From Fimicolochytrium jonesii (Eukaryota): a stretch of DNA of 64,000 nucleotides. The stretch covers positions 186,001 to 250,000 of the forward strand of contig NW_026515691.1 in NCBI RefSeq assembly GCF_025526975.1, in the 5' to 3' direction. The position numbers and the translations under genes were made by a program. Shown one piece after another: positions 1-13,332 of the stretch (position 1 is the stretch's first letter; each line of letters starts with the position of its first letter). The notes below the pieces were generated by a model. That model searched no databases. It had not been told where the DNA came from and was given only the letters and a program-made list of their open reading frames with translations.

Positions 1-73
1 TCTGCTCCGACTCAGGTGCTGGATCATCGTCCGGCTCCGAATCGCTATCAGCACCTGCTCCTCGCATGGCCAT
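1..73 (-). CDS. Possible 5' end of a gene that runs off the window (MAMRGAGADSDSEPDDDPAPESEQ...)
   Basis: ATG at 73 opens an acidic reading frame that stays open to base 1. It is too short to assign a family. Confidence 0.3.
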   Translation of the reverse strand, partial: MAMRGAGADSDSEPDDDPAPESEQ

Positions 74-386
74 TTTGCTCCTGGTCCGGGTGAAGACCGG
101 GTTCCCTGCGTAGCCGTTCATTTTGACGGACTTAGTGGGGTGAAAACGCGTTCAGGCGTTTGGGGTGTTCGACCGCGATTTCGCTCGACTGCAAAACAAA
201 TTTAGGACCACAGTAGCGGGATTTGACGCTGTACTCCTCTATCCTTCTTGGCTGGCCAGCGGGAGGAAATTAGAGGGGGTCCAATGGCTGCTGCGTGTGT
301 TGGATGAGTTTGGAGTGGGTCAGAGTGTGATGGGGCGGGAGGCGGAGCGCGTGGAAAGTCGACAGCTGGGCCTTAAGCGCGTGAAG

Positions 387-1131
387 TCACTGCGCGTCTC
401 GCTGCTGCGGACTTGAAATTGACTTGATTGCACTCCATTTACTCTGCATGCACTCGCTCGGACGAAGGTGTTGGCGGAAGTTACGTCCACGGGCATGTGC
501 CCGTACCACATAGATATGGGACGCCTACCCACACTTTCGACCAAGTCTCAAACGGTAGAAAAGAGAGAGCCGGTACCGAGCTCTTGAAAGTGCGCTTGGG
601 ACTGCATCGAATTGGTATATAAATCATACTGCAATGGCGAGGAAGAAAGGGGAGATCCACAGGACAAGAATGGTGAATGCGGGTAGCGGGCATATCAGCT
701 GAGGATCTTGATCGACCGAGGATATGAGTCGACGGACAACCTGAACATCTCGACCCTTTGAAAGAAAATAGCGCCTCCATGAGGCAGACAATGGCGGTAT
801 AAACCGGCAGCGTATCCGCTAATTTTGCCACGGATGCTATCCAAGGCTGTTCCAAGATTCGCATGGATGCGTTGCGGTTTATTGCGTAGATTTCGACGAT
901 TTTGCCCAAGCAGAACAGCGCGTTGATGACCAAGGTGGCGATAAGGTATCGAGTCAAGCGGTGGCTCTGAGCAGCGAAATGCAGACGGGCTATTGAACCA
1001 AACTGCAATTGAGGACGACGGTCGCGACGTTCACACCGATGTTGAAAGGTGTCTCGTAGGTCATTGTCGTTCTCTTGCTCTAATCTGGGGGGTCCGTAAG
1101 AATCCGGGTGTGCGAGAAATAGCCGTGCCAA
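387..1131 (-). pseudogene. Multi-pass membrane protein, either intron-split or frameshifted; possibly a 7TM-like remnant
   Basis: Hydrophobic segments lie in different minus-strand frames: MTYETPFNIGVNVATVVLNCSL, YLIATLVINALFCLGKIVEIY, LPVYTAIVCLMEALFSF and LICPLPAFTILVLWISPFFLAIA. Consensus splice sites could not be found for all junctions. Confidence 0.3.
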
Positions 1132-2577
1132 ACCTCCGCAGAATAACGAAGCTGCAGTTGTTGTGTCGGGTGAAAGTCTGTAGAACTTTTAACGGGGACG
1201 GCCAGCCCTCCCCTACTCTTATAGGGTTTTACGCACAGCAAACGCCAAAGCCAGCTGATCGATGATTGTCTTGAGTTTCTCGCTGTGCTCCCTCTGTTGC
1301 ACCTAATGGGATCTAAATAAAGACTCGAGTTAGCGTTCACGCACTTTCCCATTCAGAAGAACCTGCCGAATGGCCACAGTCCGGTGCCGTGCCTATTTCG
1401 CGACACGTTAAAGGCCTGATTGTGGTTCTGTCTCTCTCCTCGGTCCTGACTCGTGGGAGCCAGTTGTGAGAGTGTGGTGATACGTGGCGTACGCCTTGGC
1501 ACCCATCATTGGGCAAGCGAACGTCTTCGAAGGGTACTTCGATCTTTCATCTAGATAGAAAGCCATGTTGGCACATCCGCTCCCTCGTTTGACAGTGATT
1601 TCGCGATTCAGCAAAGTGTGGCCGTTTACATGTGCATCCATGGATAGGGTCAGAGCTTGGCGAATCGCTTCCTAGCGGGAGGCGATCGAACGTTTTGTCT
1701 CCCGATCCATGAGCTCGCATGGAACTGAGTACTGGTCGGCCACCCAAATAAGGTACGACTCGATTCAGGATGAAAATGAGGAACGTCCGGGGATGATTTT
1801 GAATCGCTCTGCCTCATAACATCTTGACGCCCTGACAGCGTCCTCAAATGATGTCGAGTCGTTGAGTTGGTTGTGACCCGCGGGGACCTTCGCTTCGTCT
1901 CAGATATCTTCGCGCTGTCGATTTTTTCGAAAACTGACAGCATTCCTCCGGGACATCAAGAAGGCACCACAGGAGTCGGCAATTTGTTAATGAACCGCTG
2001 TTTGGGGTTTACGATCAACGCGCCGAAGAGTTGCTTGCGCTCGCATGTAGACACAGGACGAGAGAGCGGAGCGCCTTCGCTGTGCTTCCAAGTCACTTAT
2101 CTAGCGCACAATATATCCAAATCGAATGATACCACCTTAAAGTCTTGTGCCAGGACAGGCCGTTACTACTGCAATGCCTCGCTATGCACCGGTTAATCAT
2201 TTGTTGATCTCGGAATACGGATGAACACTTGCAAAACTGTTGAAAGGTCTAAGAACTTGACTCAATTGATTTGCGGAGTACATGGAACAGATTCTTACAA
2301 AGAAATATAGATGAAAACCTTTACAGTAGCTTTGACGCCGTTCCCAACCTGCCCACCATCCCTTCGACAAAAGACCGGAAAATCCAGCTCCGAGTATTAG
2401 AGAGAGGGGATATGTATAGTACAATAGAATGAAGTTTGCTATGGCTTCGAACTTCTTGATAGCCTTGATGGTTATTGGCCGACGCTGCTGGAAACACACT
2501 CCAACCATCGAGCATTTTGCAGATTTCCCCAGTCTCCTTGCTTTCCTCGGCCGAACTCAGGTGATTGACGTAGTGAG

Positions 2578-4920
2578 CTAAAAGCCCCTCCATTGGGCCC
2601 AGAGCATTCCGGCGGCACTGGCGCCTTCAGTGGCAGCTCGAGTCGCCGCCCTAGCGGCCGCTCTGTCACCGCAGTGGGAGGCCGCGGCAGCCACGCGTGA
2701 ACCTTTGGCACAGAAAGCCCCGGCCGAAACGAACACAAACGATGCGGCAAGAAGACTGAAGGCTGCAACGAGCCAGAGGACCTCCGTCGCCGTGAGGGCG
2801 TCGTCCCGGGGCGCGGCATTGTGGGAAGTGGAAGGAGGGATTTCAGCTGTGTCGTCGGGTTGAATCACTTGGGAAGAGTCGCTTGGAGCTCCGTCGCGAC
2901 GACGACTTTCACCATCTCTCTCTTCCTTTGAGATGTGCTCCCTCCATTCTGCGAACTTCATAGCAGTTCCTTGTCTCATCTCCCCGGCGTGCACAAACAG
3001 GGCCGTCGTTAGCTCACGGGTTTCGTCCACCTCTCCTTTGTTTTCACCTTCGACCTTCACCGACTCCTTCGCCGCACCACCCCAACCGGCATCTCCCTTG
3101 AACGTGACTGCAAAAGGCGAAACGACCACCCTTGCATCTCCTCCGCCTCCATCCCCCTGCAAGATCGCCAAAGCGCCATCGACATCCAGTCCGAACAGCT
3201 CAACCCTCAACTTCTCCTTCTTCACGACTTCCAACACCTCCCTCTTCATCTCTCTGACCCTCTGTGGACCCAACCCATCGCACTTGACAAGGACGAGCAC
3301 AACGGTGCCGACGTCCGTGAGCGCTCGGATGTAAGCTACATCGACAGGTTTGATGCGGTGAAGCAAGGTGTAGATGAAAGTATCCGTGGGACGAAGATAG
3401 TTTTTAGGAGCGGTGGGGTTGCAGACGTAGGACGCGAGGGTGCCCGCTCGGAGGCCGCGGGTGAAATCAGCGTCTAGACGAGTAAAGTGAGCACGTTGAT
3501 GGGAGAGGACCTTGGTGATGGTAAGCTGCGCGTTTGGGTGCATGCCGAAACCGGGAGTGTCCAGAATGTGGAGGTTCCTGGGAAAGATGTACATAGGATT
3601 GGCTTTTCAGATGAGACGAGGAGGCGCTGTCATCTCACATGTTCGCATGGCGGATGACGTACCATTGACCTTCGCCGTCCCTGACATCCTCTTTCAGAAG
3701 CGTGCTCGCACGGTAAAGCTTCATATCAACTGTCGGGTCCCCCTCCTTTGCGGGGGCAAGGCCACAGCGAAGAACCTCTGGAGCGGATACGAGGGTCCTA
3801 GCAAGCGTAGTCTAGCAATGCAATATCCGGCGATGAATCAGTTCGACTAACTTTGGGGCAGCGAGATCTCCGGGAGGACACATACCTTGCCGATACCACT
3901 GTCACCTACGATGGCTACGGTCAAACTCAGGGCTTGCAATGGTGCCTCGTTCCTCCTCACGCTTGAGGAGCGATACTCTTTCCACTTGGCAGTCTGAGAC
4001 TCAACTTCACTAGGGCTGCTCTCAGGTTGGGTCGCATCGGGAACATCGTGCCTCTCAGGTTGCTTTCCTGTGGTAGCGGGGTCATCGTCTGACAGGTTGT
4101 GTAAGTTTCGGGAAATGAAATGCTGTGAAGATAGCTTTGACATGTCAGTCAGCGTACCTTGGACATTGGCCACGCCATCCGCAGAAATCTTCCAAAAATG
4201 CTGTTCGCTCTCGGGAGTCTTCACCCCGGCGCTGAACTCAATCTCGGCGTCTATGTTGGGCAATTCGCATGCATCGCCTGCATCGACTTCCTGATCTCCA
4301 GACCTGCCGCTGTCCACAGTGTGTTCAGAATCCGCGTTGGATATGGTTCGCACATTGGGAAGTTCCGAGGCGACCGCTTCGGCCAGTTTGAGCTGCCCGA
4401 TGCTGGAAGACGAGAGATCTGTATTTCCGAGGTGCTTATCGTCGTCTTCGCCGATAGCGGGATGGTTGACGGGGTTCTGAAGGGCGTACTCCTCGTTGTC
4501 GTCATATTTCTGGATAAATGCAGGGCCCGAGATGACCTCGTCTTCGACGAGTGTGACGGTTGGCAGTACGGCGCTGACGGTGTGTCCGGCGCTGTCACCC
4601 GGGAGATCAGGGAACAAGTGAAAGGTATGGGTGAAGGCAATGGTGGGTAGCTCGGAAGAGAGGATATTTTCATCTTCCGGAGGAACACGTTCCTGTACAT
4701 AGTCGCTGGCAAAGCTAGTAGGCTCGCTATAAGGCTGCACGTCAGGGACGTAATCGCTTTCGTCGCGGACGTATTCGAAGGAGTCAGTGTCGGGGTCAGT
4801 GTCGGGGTCAGACTCGTACGGGGTAAGGTTCAAGTCCAACGACGGCTCTGTAACTTGCGGGAGCGCCATCTCTCCGTCCTCGGGATGGCTAGGAGGAACC
4901 TGGTAGTGGTGCCCCATCAT
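2578..4920 (-). CDS. Septin-like P-loop GTPase with a long acidic N-terminus and a C-terminal transmembrane segment
   Basis: Splicing gives the P-loop VAIVGDSGIGK|TT (intron ~3813-3884). Also present are G3 LHILDTPGFG, G4-like VLVLVKCDGL and the hydrophobic tail VLWLVAAFSLLAASFVFVSAGAF. Confidence 0.75.
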
Positions 4921-5556
4921 GCTTGTTTCGTTTCTTGGAATGTGAATATGGGCCCGTTGGCGGCTCGAAGTGCTGTTACTCGCAGATACAAGTGCTGGAG
5001 CAAGGTTTCTGAACGTCTCGCCGGAAACAGGATAAGGTCAATTGGCCAAAAGGCTCGTTTGCGGGTGAGATAAGTGTTTGGGAGACGGCGCAGATGGAAC
5101 TTGGTTTCGCTCCTCTTAAATGGAGTCTGGAGAACATACGTAGAAATTAGAGATCAATGGGAGACGGATAGCCCGTGTGGAGAAGGACTTGGTTTCAATG
5201 TGCCCCCTGCGCTCCACCATCTCCAACTAGCGCTGTGACCCGGGACCCCACACGGTATGATATGTCAATCGGGGGTGCAGATGTTCCTGACCTGCCAATG
5301 TGGAGAGCCAGCAGGTGGCATTTATGGCACTTTTGACAGCGGCGCTGTCAGTCATTCTGTCAAAAGCCCGATGGCGAATCCGCCCATTTCCCAAACCGAA
5401 CACATTCATACCGGGTGCCCAAGAAGTTTCAGAAAGGCTGGTTCAAACCCGTCCAATCCGAGTATCGAACACTTTCAAAACCGCAGATGGCATTACAGGA
5501 ACCAACGCCTGAAAAGCGTAATCAAGACAATCAACAGGCGCAAATCCATTAATCCA

Positions 5557-8210
5557 TCAAAGCCAATCTAAGGCCAATCCCCTCTTCCTATACGCCACAA
5601 AAGTCTTCCCATCACCCATATTAGTGTCCTTCAACTGCTCATGTCCAATGCGGTAGCTCTGCTCAACATTTTGCAACCGGGCTAGCTGTGCTGCGAGGCT
5701 CTGGCATTCCTGTAACTGGGCCGTCGTGTCGTTGACGGTGGATGAGAAGCGTGTGAGAGCTGATGCGAGGTTGGCGATCTGTTGTGAAGGAATACTATGT
5801 TAGTAATGCCCAGTAAGCGATGTTTCGAAGTATGATTAACGAACCTTTGCAGCTTCCTCGTCCGAATCTTGCATAGCCGACGTTAGCAGATTTGACGTTT
5901 GATCAATTACATCACGTAGTTCCTCTAGACCAGCGGAGATGGTGTAAGAAAATGAGCACCACACGAGAAGCGCATAACCAAGCCCTATGAAGTTTGTACC
6001 TGGATCAGATATCGTAACGCTTGGGTCCAAATGCAATCTAGCAGCTCGTTTCTGCACTCCATGCGCCAATCGTTGATACACTGGCTGATCGAAAGCTTCC
6101 AGCGCCAGCACTGCTTCTGCTAGAGCCGCCTCCTGCTCAGATGCGTTACGATCGCCGAAAAGTCTGATCCCGCCTTTCCACTGCCGGTTCGCACCTGCTG
6201 CTGTAATGGCTCCATGATCTTCACAATTTCCTCCATTTGTCGAAGCTCCAGCTCTTCCTTGAATACTTCTTCCCTCGCCTGGATGACTCTTTGCCATGCT
6301 CGATAGAGTTGCGACTGGTTGTTAATGAAGAAATGTCAAGATGGAGCCGCTGTACGCTAGACTTGGAGACTATTGTGCATTTGCTTACCTCAGCTTGCTC
6401 CTTCTGCTTCTCAAAAGCGTTTTGGCTCTTCGCCAGGATTAATTGCCACTGCAAGAACCTAGCCTGCAACGCCAGCGTTAAATCGTCCGGGATTGCGGGG
6501 GTCGAGCGTGTCTGAGGTGGTGGCGGGCGATGGATATCGGTTCGAGTGATGGTCGAGTGTGCTGGTGATGGAGGCTGCAAATGAGAATGTAAGACGCCTG
6601 AAGTGGTCCCAAACCATACAGCGCACGGGGGTCAAATCTTTGCTGACCAAGGGTATCTCAGCAGCTCTCGCCAAGTCCTGTGATACGGCATGCTTCTGCC
6701 GGGCTGGCGGCGGCCGGACGATAGTGCGGGCTGGAACGTTCGGGGATGTAGGCTACCGTCGTAGTGAGATTAATGTTCTATTAGCATCGGTTCGTCATGG
6801 AAGGGAGATGCCTCACCCTAACTTACCAAGGGTACAGCAGCGGCTTGTGCCAGCATTTGCGCACTCGCTCGAGCTTGGCTCAACTTCGCCGGCGCATGCT
6901 GTGAATTCGAATTGTCTCCGTTTTCTACGCTGACCCAGAGCAAATCATCAGAAAACGAAGCTTGAACAAACATGGCTCGTTCGCTCCCCAGCATTTACCT
7001 GCAGGCTTCCGAGTCCTCAGCACGCGGGAAGGCACGGTTCTTCCCGTCACCCGTAGAGTCCGCGGTGCCGTCTTACTGGCAACATCTGACAAGTGCGTTG
7101 TTGGGGGCCGGAGAGTCGACTTTTGTGCATGTTCGATGGTTTTCACAGCTTTCACAGGTCGGTTCATTGGCGTTGCGGCCGCCGAGGCATTTGCGCGCTT
7201 ATATTCCGCCAGAAGCGCTCTTCGTCGCTCCGCGGCGTCTGTTGCTCCCGTAGGAGCGGCCGTCGTCACTGGCTTCCCATGGGCATTCGGCCGCGACGCC
7301 GCCGTGACCCCCAACTGTCTTTTTGGGGCTACATTTTCTTTCGATCCAAGAAACGCCGTGGCTTTCGTCGTGATCTCCACGGGGGCTGATTTTGACACGG
7401 TCGAATTTGGCGCAGGGGCGGCCATATACCGCGACGCCACCACTCTCACTTTCGGCTTTGCAACCTCCGTCTCCGTAGACTGGCCCTCATGTGATGTGCT
7501 CAACCTATGCGGCGAGCTGCTGACTTTTGCACCGGCTGCATCATTCGAAGACGGTGACTCACCCTCCGATGTGCCTTTGTGACTGGCATCAACGGTTGGT
7601 TTTCGTGAGGGTGTACTGGGATTTGATGAAATCGTAGATCGCGGCGTTGACCCATGTGAGTATGGGGACGACACTGTTCCACCAGTCAGGGGCCCTACAC
7701 TCGAGCGGCGGAGCGGTGGTGTTTTGCCCTCTACGTGTGAGGAAGGAGATCCCTTCGCCGCTGCTGGTGACGTTTCTGACCGATGGATGTTGGTAGCATC
7801 GACGAGCTTTGGCGAGACGGCAGACCTAGCCAGCTTCCCAGGGGAGCCTTTGCCAATAGACCGACTCGACGTATTAGACGGTCTCGGGATGGCTTTGCCT
7901 TCCGGGATCCGCGAACCCGTCCGTGGTGGTCGGAGAAGGCGTTCTGGTGGCGACGGACGAGTACTTGGTCCAACTGACTTTTCCCAAGTCTTTACGGAAG
8001 CTACATTGCGTTGTTGGATCGTCGATCGAGCCTGAGTTCTTTCCTTTTGGGAGCGACTTTTGGTCGCGTGGCGAGATGGATATAGGACTGTCAGATTGTG
8101 CTAATCCAGTTGAGGTAAGAAATGAGACATACCTTTGTGCTCCTGCTTGGGCGTCCGGCAGCCGTGATCTAGACGCCAGCACCGCCTGCTTGACTGGCGG
8201 TCGCATCATC
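5557..8210 (-). CDS. HAUS8/AUG8 (QWRF-domain) augmin-like microtubule protein; start uncertain
   Basis: The basic Ser/Pro-rich disordered N-terminus contains VVASRYM. It is followed by LQARFLQWQLILAKSQNAFEKQKEQAE (QWRF-like) and a coiled-coil last exon ...LARLQNVEQSYRIGHEQL..., with TGA at 5557. Confidence 0.6.
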
Positions 8211-8469
8211 TTTGCCAACGCTTACTTGTTCCTTCGCATTCACGGCACTTTCCCAGTCCCAGCTTCAATCGAGAGGCCGACGGCCTGATTGACCGCACGT
8301 CCAGAGTTTCGGACGGAAAGCGACGCCACACGGGATTTCGACGGAGACGTTTCCATGTCCAGGGAGAACTACAAAACAGTGATTTCTATTGGCAGAATCT
8401 ATCATTGTATCAAAACTATCTGTTGACAAGCTACAGGTGCTAAAATATTTTATGTACGTAGCGTCCCGC

Positions 8470-9977
8470 TCAGTACGCAGACGCAGGTCTCAGACCGCCT
8501 TCCCTCTCTGCTCCCTTTCGCGCGTGAGTTTCGTCCCGCTCCCGCTCCCTCTCTCTCGTTTTTCTTTCTTTCGAAGACGCTTTCGAAGCCGGTTCCTCTA
8601 CGGCATCGTCCGGAAGGAACTCCCCATCGGACGAGTGGCGCGTATTGGAGTACACACTCGATGAGAGAGAGGACAGTACGCCATCACCCGAAGGTGCGGC
8701 ATGCCCGGGCCGATCCCAGTCCCTATATGTGTGGAAGACCTGGAAGCCGACCTCGATCATAATGAGGATGACGATGGCCCACTCCAAACCCATCGAGTGT
8801 TGGGTATGGAGATGACTGCGAATGACTTCAGTCAGTTCGTTCGCATAGTCAAGTTTCTTGTTGAATATGGATATCCGCGAGCGGACGTCGAGGTTCCTCG
8901 ACGTGCGCTCGAATATGTCCTCCATTTTAGCGCTTGACCAGCAAAAGTCGGGGGAATCGAGGAGTTCGCTGTGGAGATTCAGGTGCCCACGGAGGAGGAA
9001 CAGCTCGCCAAGATTTTGCAGGACTATTGCGCTGCTTAATGGAAGCTTCTTTCCTTGGAGAAGGATCTGAGGGATACGCTTGTTCTTTTCCAAATGCTGG
9101 TCGAGCATCTCTTCCAAGGAAGCAAGCTTCACCGAACGGGCGAGACCAGATGAGTATGCAAGGCGAGATTGAGTGGCTGGTATACCGTTGTTGCCGATCA
9201 TGATGGTGTCTGCCGTAAGGCCGCCGGTCCTATGAAAAGCGAGAGGTTAGTTGAAAGTGCATTGTCCCTCATCAACTGCAAAATCCGTACTTACTGGCTC
9301 ATGTCGATGCAGTAGTTAAACCATTCGGTCTCGGGAGCCTTGTAGCTGTTCTCCTCCACCTGCTTCAGGAACTGCATCAATGCTCGATTTTGAGCATCCG
9401 TGGCACCCCACGTCGCAAAAGTCCCGTCCTGGAAAATGAAAGCCTCCACATCGTGCGCTGAGGAGTCGGAAGGCTTCGCGTCCGGAGCTTCTGTAGGGTT
9501 GACCAGTCGGATATGGTATACATCGTCCGCGATGAAGGGAAGGAGGAGGTAGTTGCGCTGTAACAGCGGAAGAAGTTCGGAGAAATTGTATGCCTCCGCA
9601 GTACAATATGCTGTTGCTCGCATGCTTTCTTTCGTCGGTGGCACAATGACCTCTGGTGCGCCCGCTCCTTCATGTCCGACGTCTCTGACTCCCTTCTTCT
9701 TCTTTGCTCTCCAATTTGCGCCTGTCGCCCTGTCCGCCGTCGTGGTAAATGGAACCCTTTGACCAGGGCATATCGCGCTGCCTATTCTGAGAACACTTCT
9801 TGCAGACGTTGCCCTGGCTGTTAACACTCGCGGGCTGGCATGGTTCACAGCACACTGTCGTGGGAGGTTCAATTAGTCAACACGATCTGCATAAGTTCTT
9901 AGTGGCACGCTTACGTTTCTGACGGTGAGAGACTGTAGGCCGAACAGAAGGCGACTTGCTTGTGCTGGTCTAGACAT
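8470..9977 (-). CDS. RMD1/RMND1 family (DUF155) protein, probably mitochondrial
   Basis: Motifs ATAYCTAEAYNF, FIFQDGTFATWG, LAYSSGLARSVKLASLE, LNLHSELLDSPDFCW and LEWAIVILIMIEV. The N-terminus is Arg-rich and presequence-like. Two introns. Confidence 0.88.
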
Positions 9978-10346
9978 ATTGAGTGCACCGAGTACTTTCG
10001 TTCTGATTCTGGCTTGAGTCAATAAGACACCGGTTCTGCTCGCACGCTGAGTCGGTATATATGTCCGGGGACTGTACGGGATTTCTGAGTGTTGGACCCG
10101 AGGGATGTTCTGCGAACGAGAAAGCACCACGAAAGAGCGTCGGAATTAGGCCTGACGATTGAGCAACTCACCAGCCACTCACACGCGCTAACGCGACTTC
10201 GCTGCATCTGGCGATTTGAGACTTCTGGACGTAGCCTTTTCCCCACAAACCCCAAAGCCCCTTGGCGGACTATGTCCGTTGGACAATGCCCATTGGAAGC
10301 AACCGGTGACTGGGTCGGCGAAATCCCATGAGAGCCCCGCATTGCC

Positions 10347-12987
10347 ATGAGCACCTTCGACGGCCGAATTCGGGAGGTGAGAGCAGGGCCAAAACAGCGT
10401 GTCCAGCTTTGAATTCGAGGGTGTTACCCTTTCTCACCGGGTCTTTTGCATTTCATAATTCCCACGGATTTAGTACCCGGCTATCGCTGTGGATAACTTT
10501 CAGCCGACTCGGCCGGGAGTGCGAATATTCCTCTTATCACACGTGCACGCAGGTACAGAGCAGATGCTGCTGGCGATGCTTTAGCCTCGGAACTCTTGGA
10601 AAATACCCGAATAGCTCACAAAAGTCCTCGTGGTATGTAGACCACCTGTCTGGTCTGGACAGCCGATCTTTCAATATTCCATTGTATTGCTCAGAAGATA
10701 CGGCTAAATTGCTACCGGCTGTGAGAGCGGAAGTTAGCGAACCCGGGACGAAGAAGAGATCACCTGCAGGGAAATACACTCATCTGAAACCCTTTTTGGT
10801 GAGCTTTCGGACCTCCAATGAGTATTGCAAGGATTCTTAGCTGACTGAGGTTTTCGAACATGCGAAATAAGAAACCCCTCGAATATCAAGAGCCGACGCA
10901 AATATGCATTGGAGCCGAAACCATAACCTTGACTCTGTTCACGGCGAATCATTGTCCTGGTTCGACCATGTACGCCTTGTCCATTTCCGTTTCTTTCCAT
11001 CCATTTATTGATTGGACGATGCAGGTTTCTCATAGAAGGGTCGAAAGGAAACGTCGTTTATACGGGCGACATGAGAGCCGAAGATTGGTTCCTCGATACT
11101 TTGGAATCGCACATGAGTTCTTTCTCGAATATCCTTCACGTGTATCTCGACACCACTTTCTGTCATGAGAGCTTCGCCGATTTCCCCTCGAAGGTTCGTG
11201 GGATAGTGATGTGACGAGCCGGTCCACATTCTTATCAGCACCATCTCTCCTAGTCACGCTCCATTGAGGCCTTCATGGAGGTGATTCGGCAGTATGACGC
11301 CGAGACTTGCTTCGTTATTGGATACAACATCCTCGGGTAGGAACCGGGACTTTGCTGCCGCATTGACATGGAAGAGAGGCGTTGGATCTCACAGTTTGTG
11401 TCCTTTCAGCGTAGAGCCGATATGGGATCGAATCTATGAGGATTACGGCGAAAAGGTACATACAATTGTCCGATCGACTCAACGCCTTTCCAGCTTTTGA
11501 CTCACAATGTCCAGGTGTTTTTGTCGCCCAAGAAGTATGCATTGTACTCAGCGCTCGATACCCTGGACTTCATCACCGACGATCCCGACTCCACACGGTT
11601 TCACGCCTGCGATAAAACGTGCTCAAAGTGCAATGCACTTAAGAGAACGAGTAATCCTCCAATATACATCCACCCATCAAGTGGAGGGTGGCAGGGACTC
11701 CTGTGCGATGCAAGACGTGGCTTCCGCGAGCTGAACTCCCTCGCAAGACGCACCGGTCGTTATAGTTGGGTAAGCTCAGGAATGAGTGTCTTTGGAGGCC
11801 GCATTTCTAACGGTTTTCAAAAACACTTGCAGGGAATTCTGTTTGCCATGCACTCCTCGCTCACAGAACTCCAGGCCCTCGTCAGCCTCCTCCGGCCGAG
11901 CATCATGACACCTTGCGTGCTAAACCGGAAAGATCGAAACGATTCCAAGAGAGTGAAAGACTTGTTCAAACCCTTTCTGAACGATTCGCCTCTGGATGTG
12001 ATACCGACCGTGTGTAGGACGAACTCGAGTTTATCGGTGAAGGAGGAGGGTAACCTCTCATCGCAGGGAACGGAGATCATTGAGGAGGTTGAGGATCGAA
12101 AGCAGAAGCCGGAAAAGGTGGATGGACAACTGATGAAGAATGAGGACACCGTCGCTGATTTCGCGCCAGCAGGCATCGCCAGCCCTCCTGTATTTCCTGA
12201 TCCTCCCTTCGTCGAAACTCCGTTCACAGAGCGCCCAAGGTCGGCCTCACCTCCTCCCTCATCGCCGCTTAGAAAGCAAGCGCCAGATTCCAACATACCT
12301 TCCCAAGGTCCACGCCTCAATACATCCACCACCGAATCCACCACCGAGACAGCACACGATAGTGGGTCCGACGAAGGCGCTGCTCCACTGGAACGTACGA
12401 TGTCCCAATCATCGTCCACGACACATGTCTTGGAGGTCTCGACGTGTCTCAGCGAAAGCAAGGACAGTACCCCTTTTGCCTTACTCCACGGTCGAAGTAC
12501 ATCCTTGCAAGTCACCTCAGAATCCCGGCGCACACTGCAAATGGAAACTGACCGCGTTTGTCTCTCACTCACGGACGCGTCGTCGTCACGGGTCGTCTAT
12601 CCCATTGACGTTGATGCCCTTGACCTAACAGTTATTTCATCGTCTTTCTCATCCACCGAATCGCCTTCATTACCCTCCATAACCACAACATCAACAACAG
12701 TACCAATGAAAACCAAATGCCGTCTGGAACGCGCAAGCACATGGATCCCCGCTCGTCGCAAAAGGTCACAGGATGGCTACTCGCATAAGCGACAGAGACG
12801 ACAGGAAGATCAAGACGGCGCGGTGCATGGCATTCAGAAACGTCCGACGCTGGTCAAGGCCGTGTCCCTTCCTGTTGATGGTCCTAACGGTGGCGGCAGC
12901 GGCGGGAGGGGTTTGAGGACAAAGGTGCGGCGGGGTGGGAAGTTAGCGGCGGTATGTGAAGTGATTGACTTGACCAGTGCTGACTAG
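10347..12987 (+). CDS. Artemis/SNM1 (DCLRE1C-like) metallo-beta-lactamase/beta-CASP DNA repair nuclease
   Basis: Spliced N-terminus MSTFDGRIRE|YPAIAVDNF, then LSHVHA|DHLSGL, ANHCPGSTM, VYTGDMRAE, VYLDTTF and FAMHSSLTEL, followed by a long disordered C-terminal tail. Confidence 0.9.
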
Positions 12988-13332
12988 ATGAGCTCTGGTT
13001 TCAAACATTTTTGAGAGATGTATGTCATATAGTCTCTGGAAAAGAAACGTATGTAGTTTCAGCTGGTTAGTCATGTAGGTGTGTGCATATGATACCAACG
13101 TTCCAGAGGAACTTGCACATTGTTGCAACATGGTAAGACGACGGCGATAGAATGTACTACTTCGTCGCGTGATACCGCATCCAACATATGTATTGGCATG
13201 TTCAAATCTAGCGGTGCACCAGCTTTTCCTCCTGCCGTCACTTGTTATGAATGATTAGGAATACCGGCTCCCGGCTATTTGCAGTGGCGCTGTCCGCATC
13301 CACTCTCCAAGCGCCGAGAACGAGCAATCACT

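Noticed and set aside
1400..2570. Several short overlapping ORFs
   Set aside because: No coherent gene model or family motif; treated as intergenic or UTR.
11129..11138. ATATCCTT, resembling a U12 intron donor
   Set aside because: It lies within conserved Artemis coding sequence (NILHVYLDTTF).
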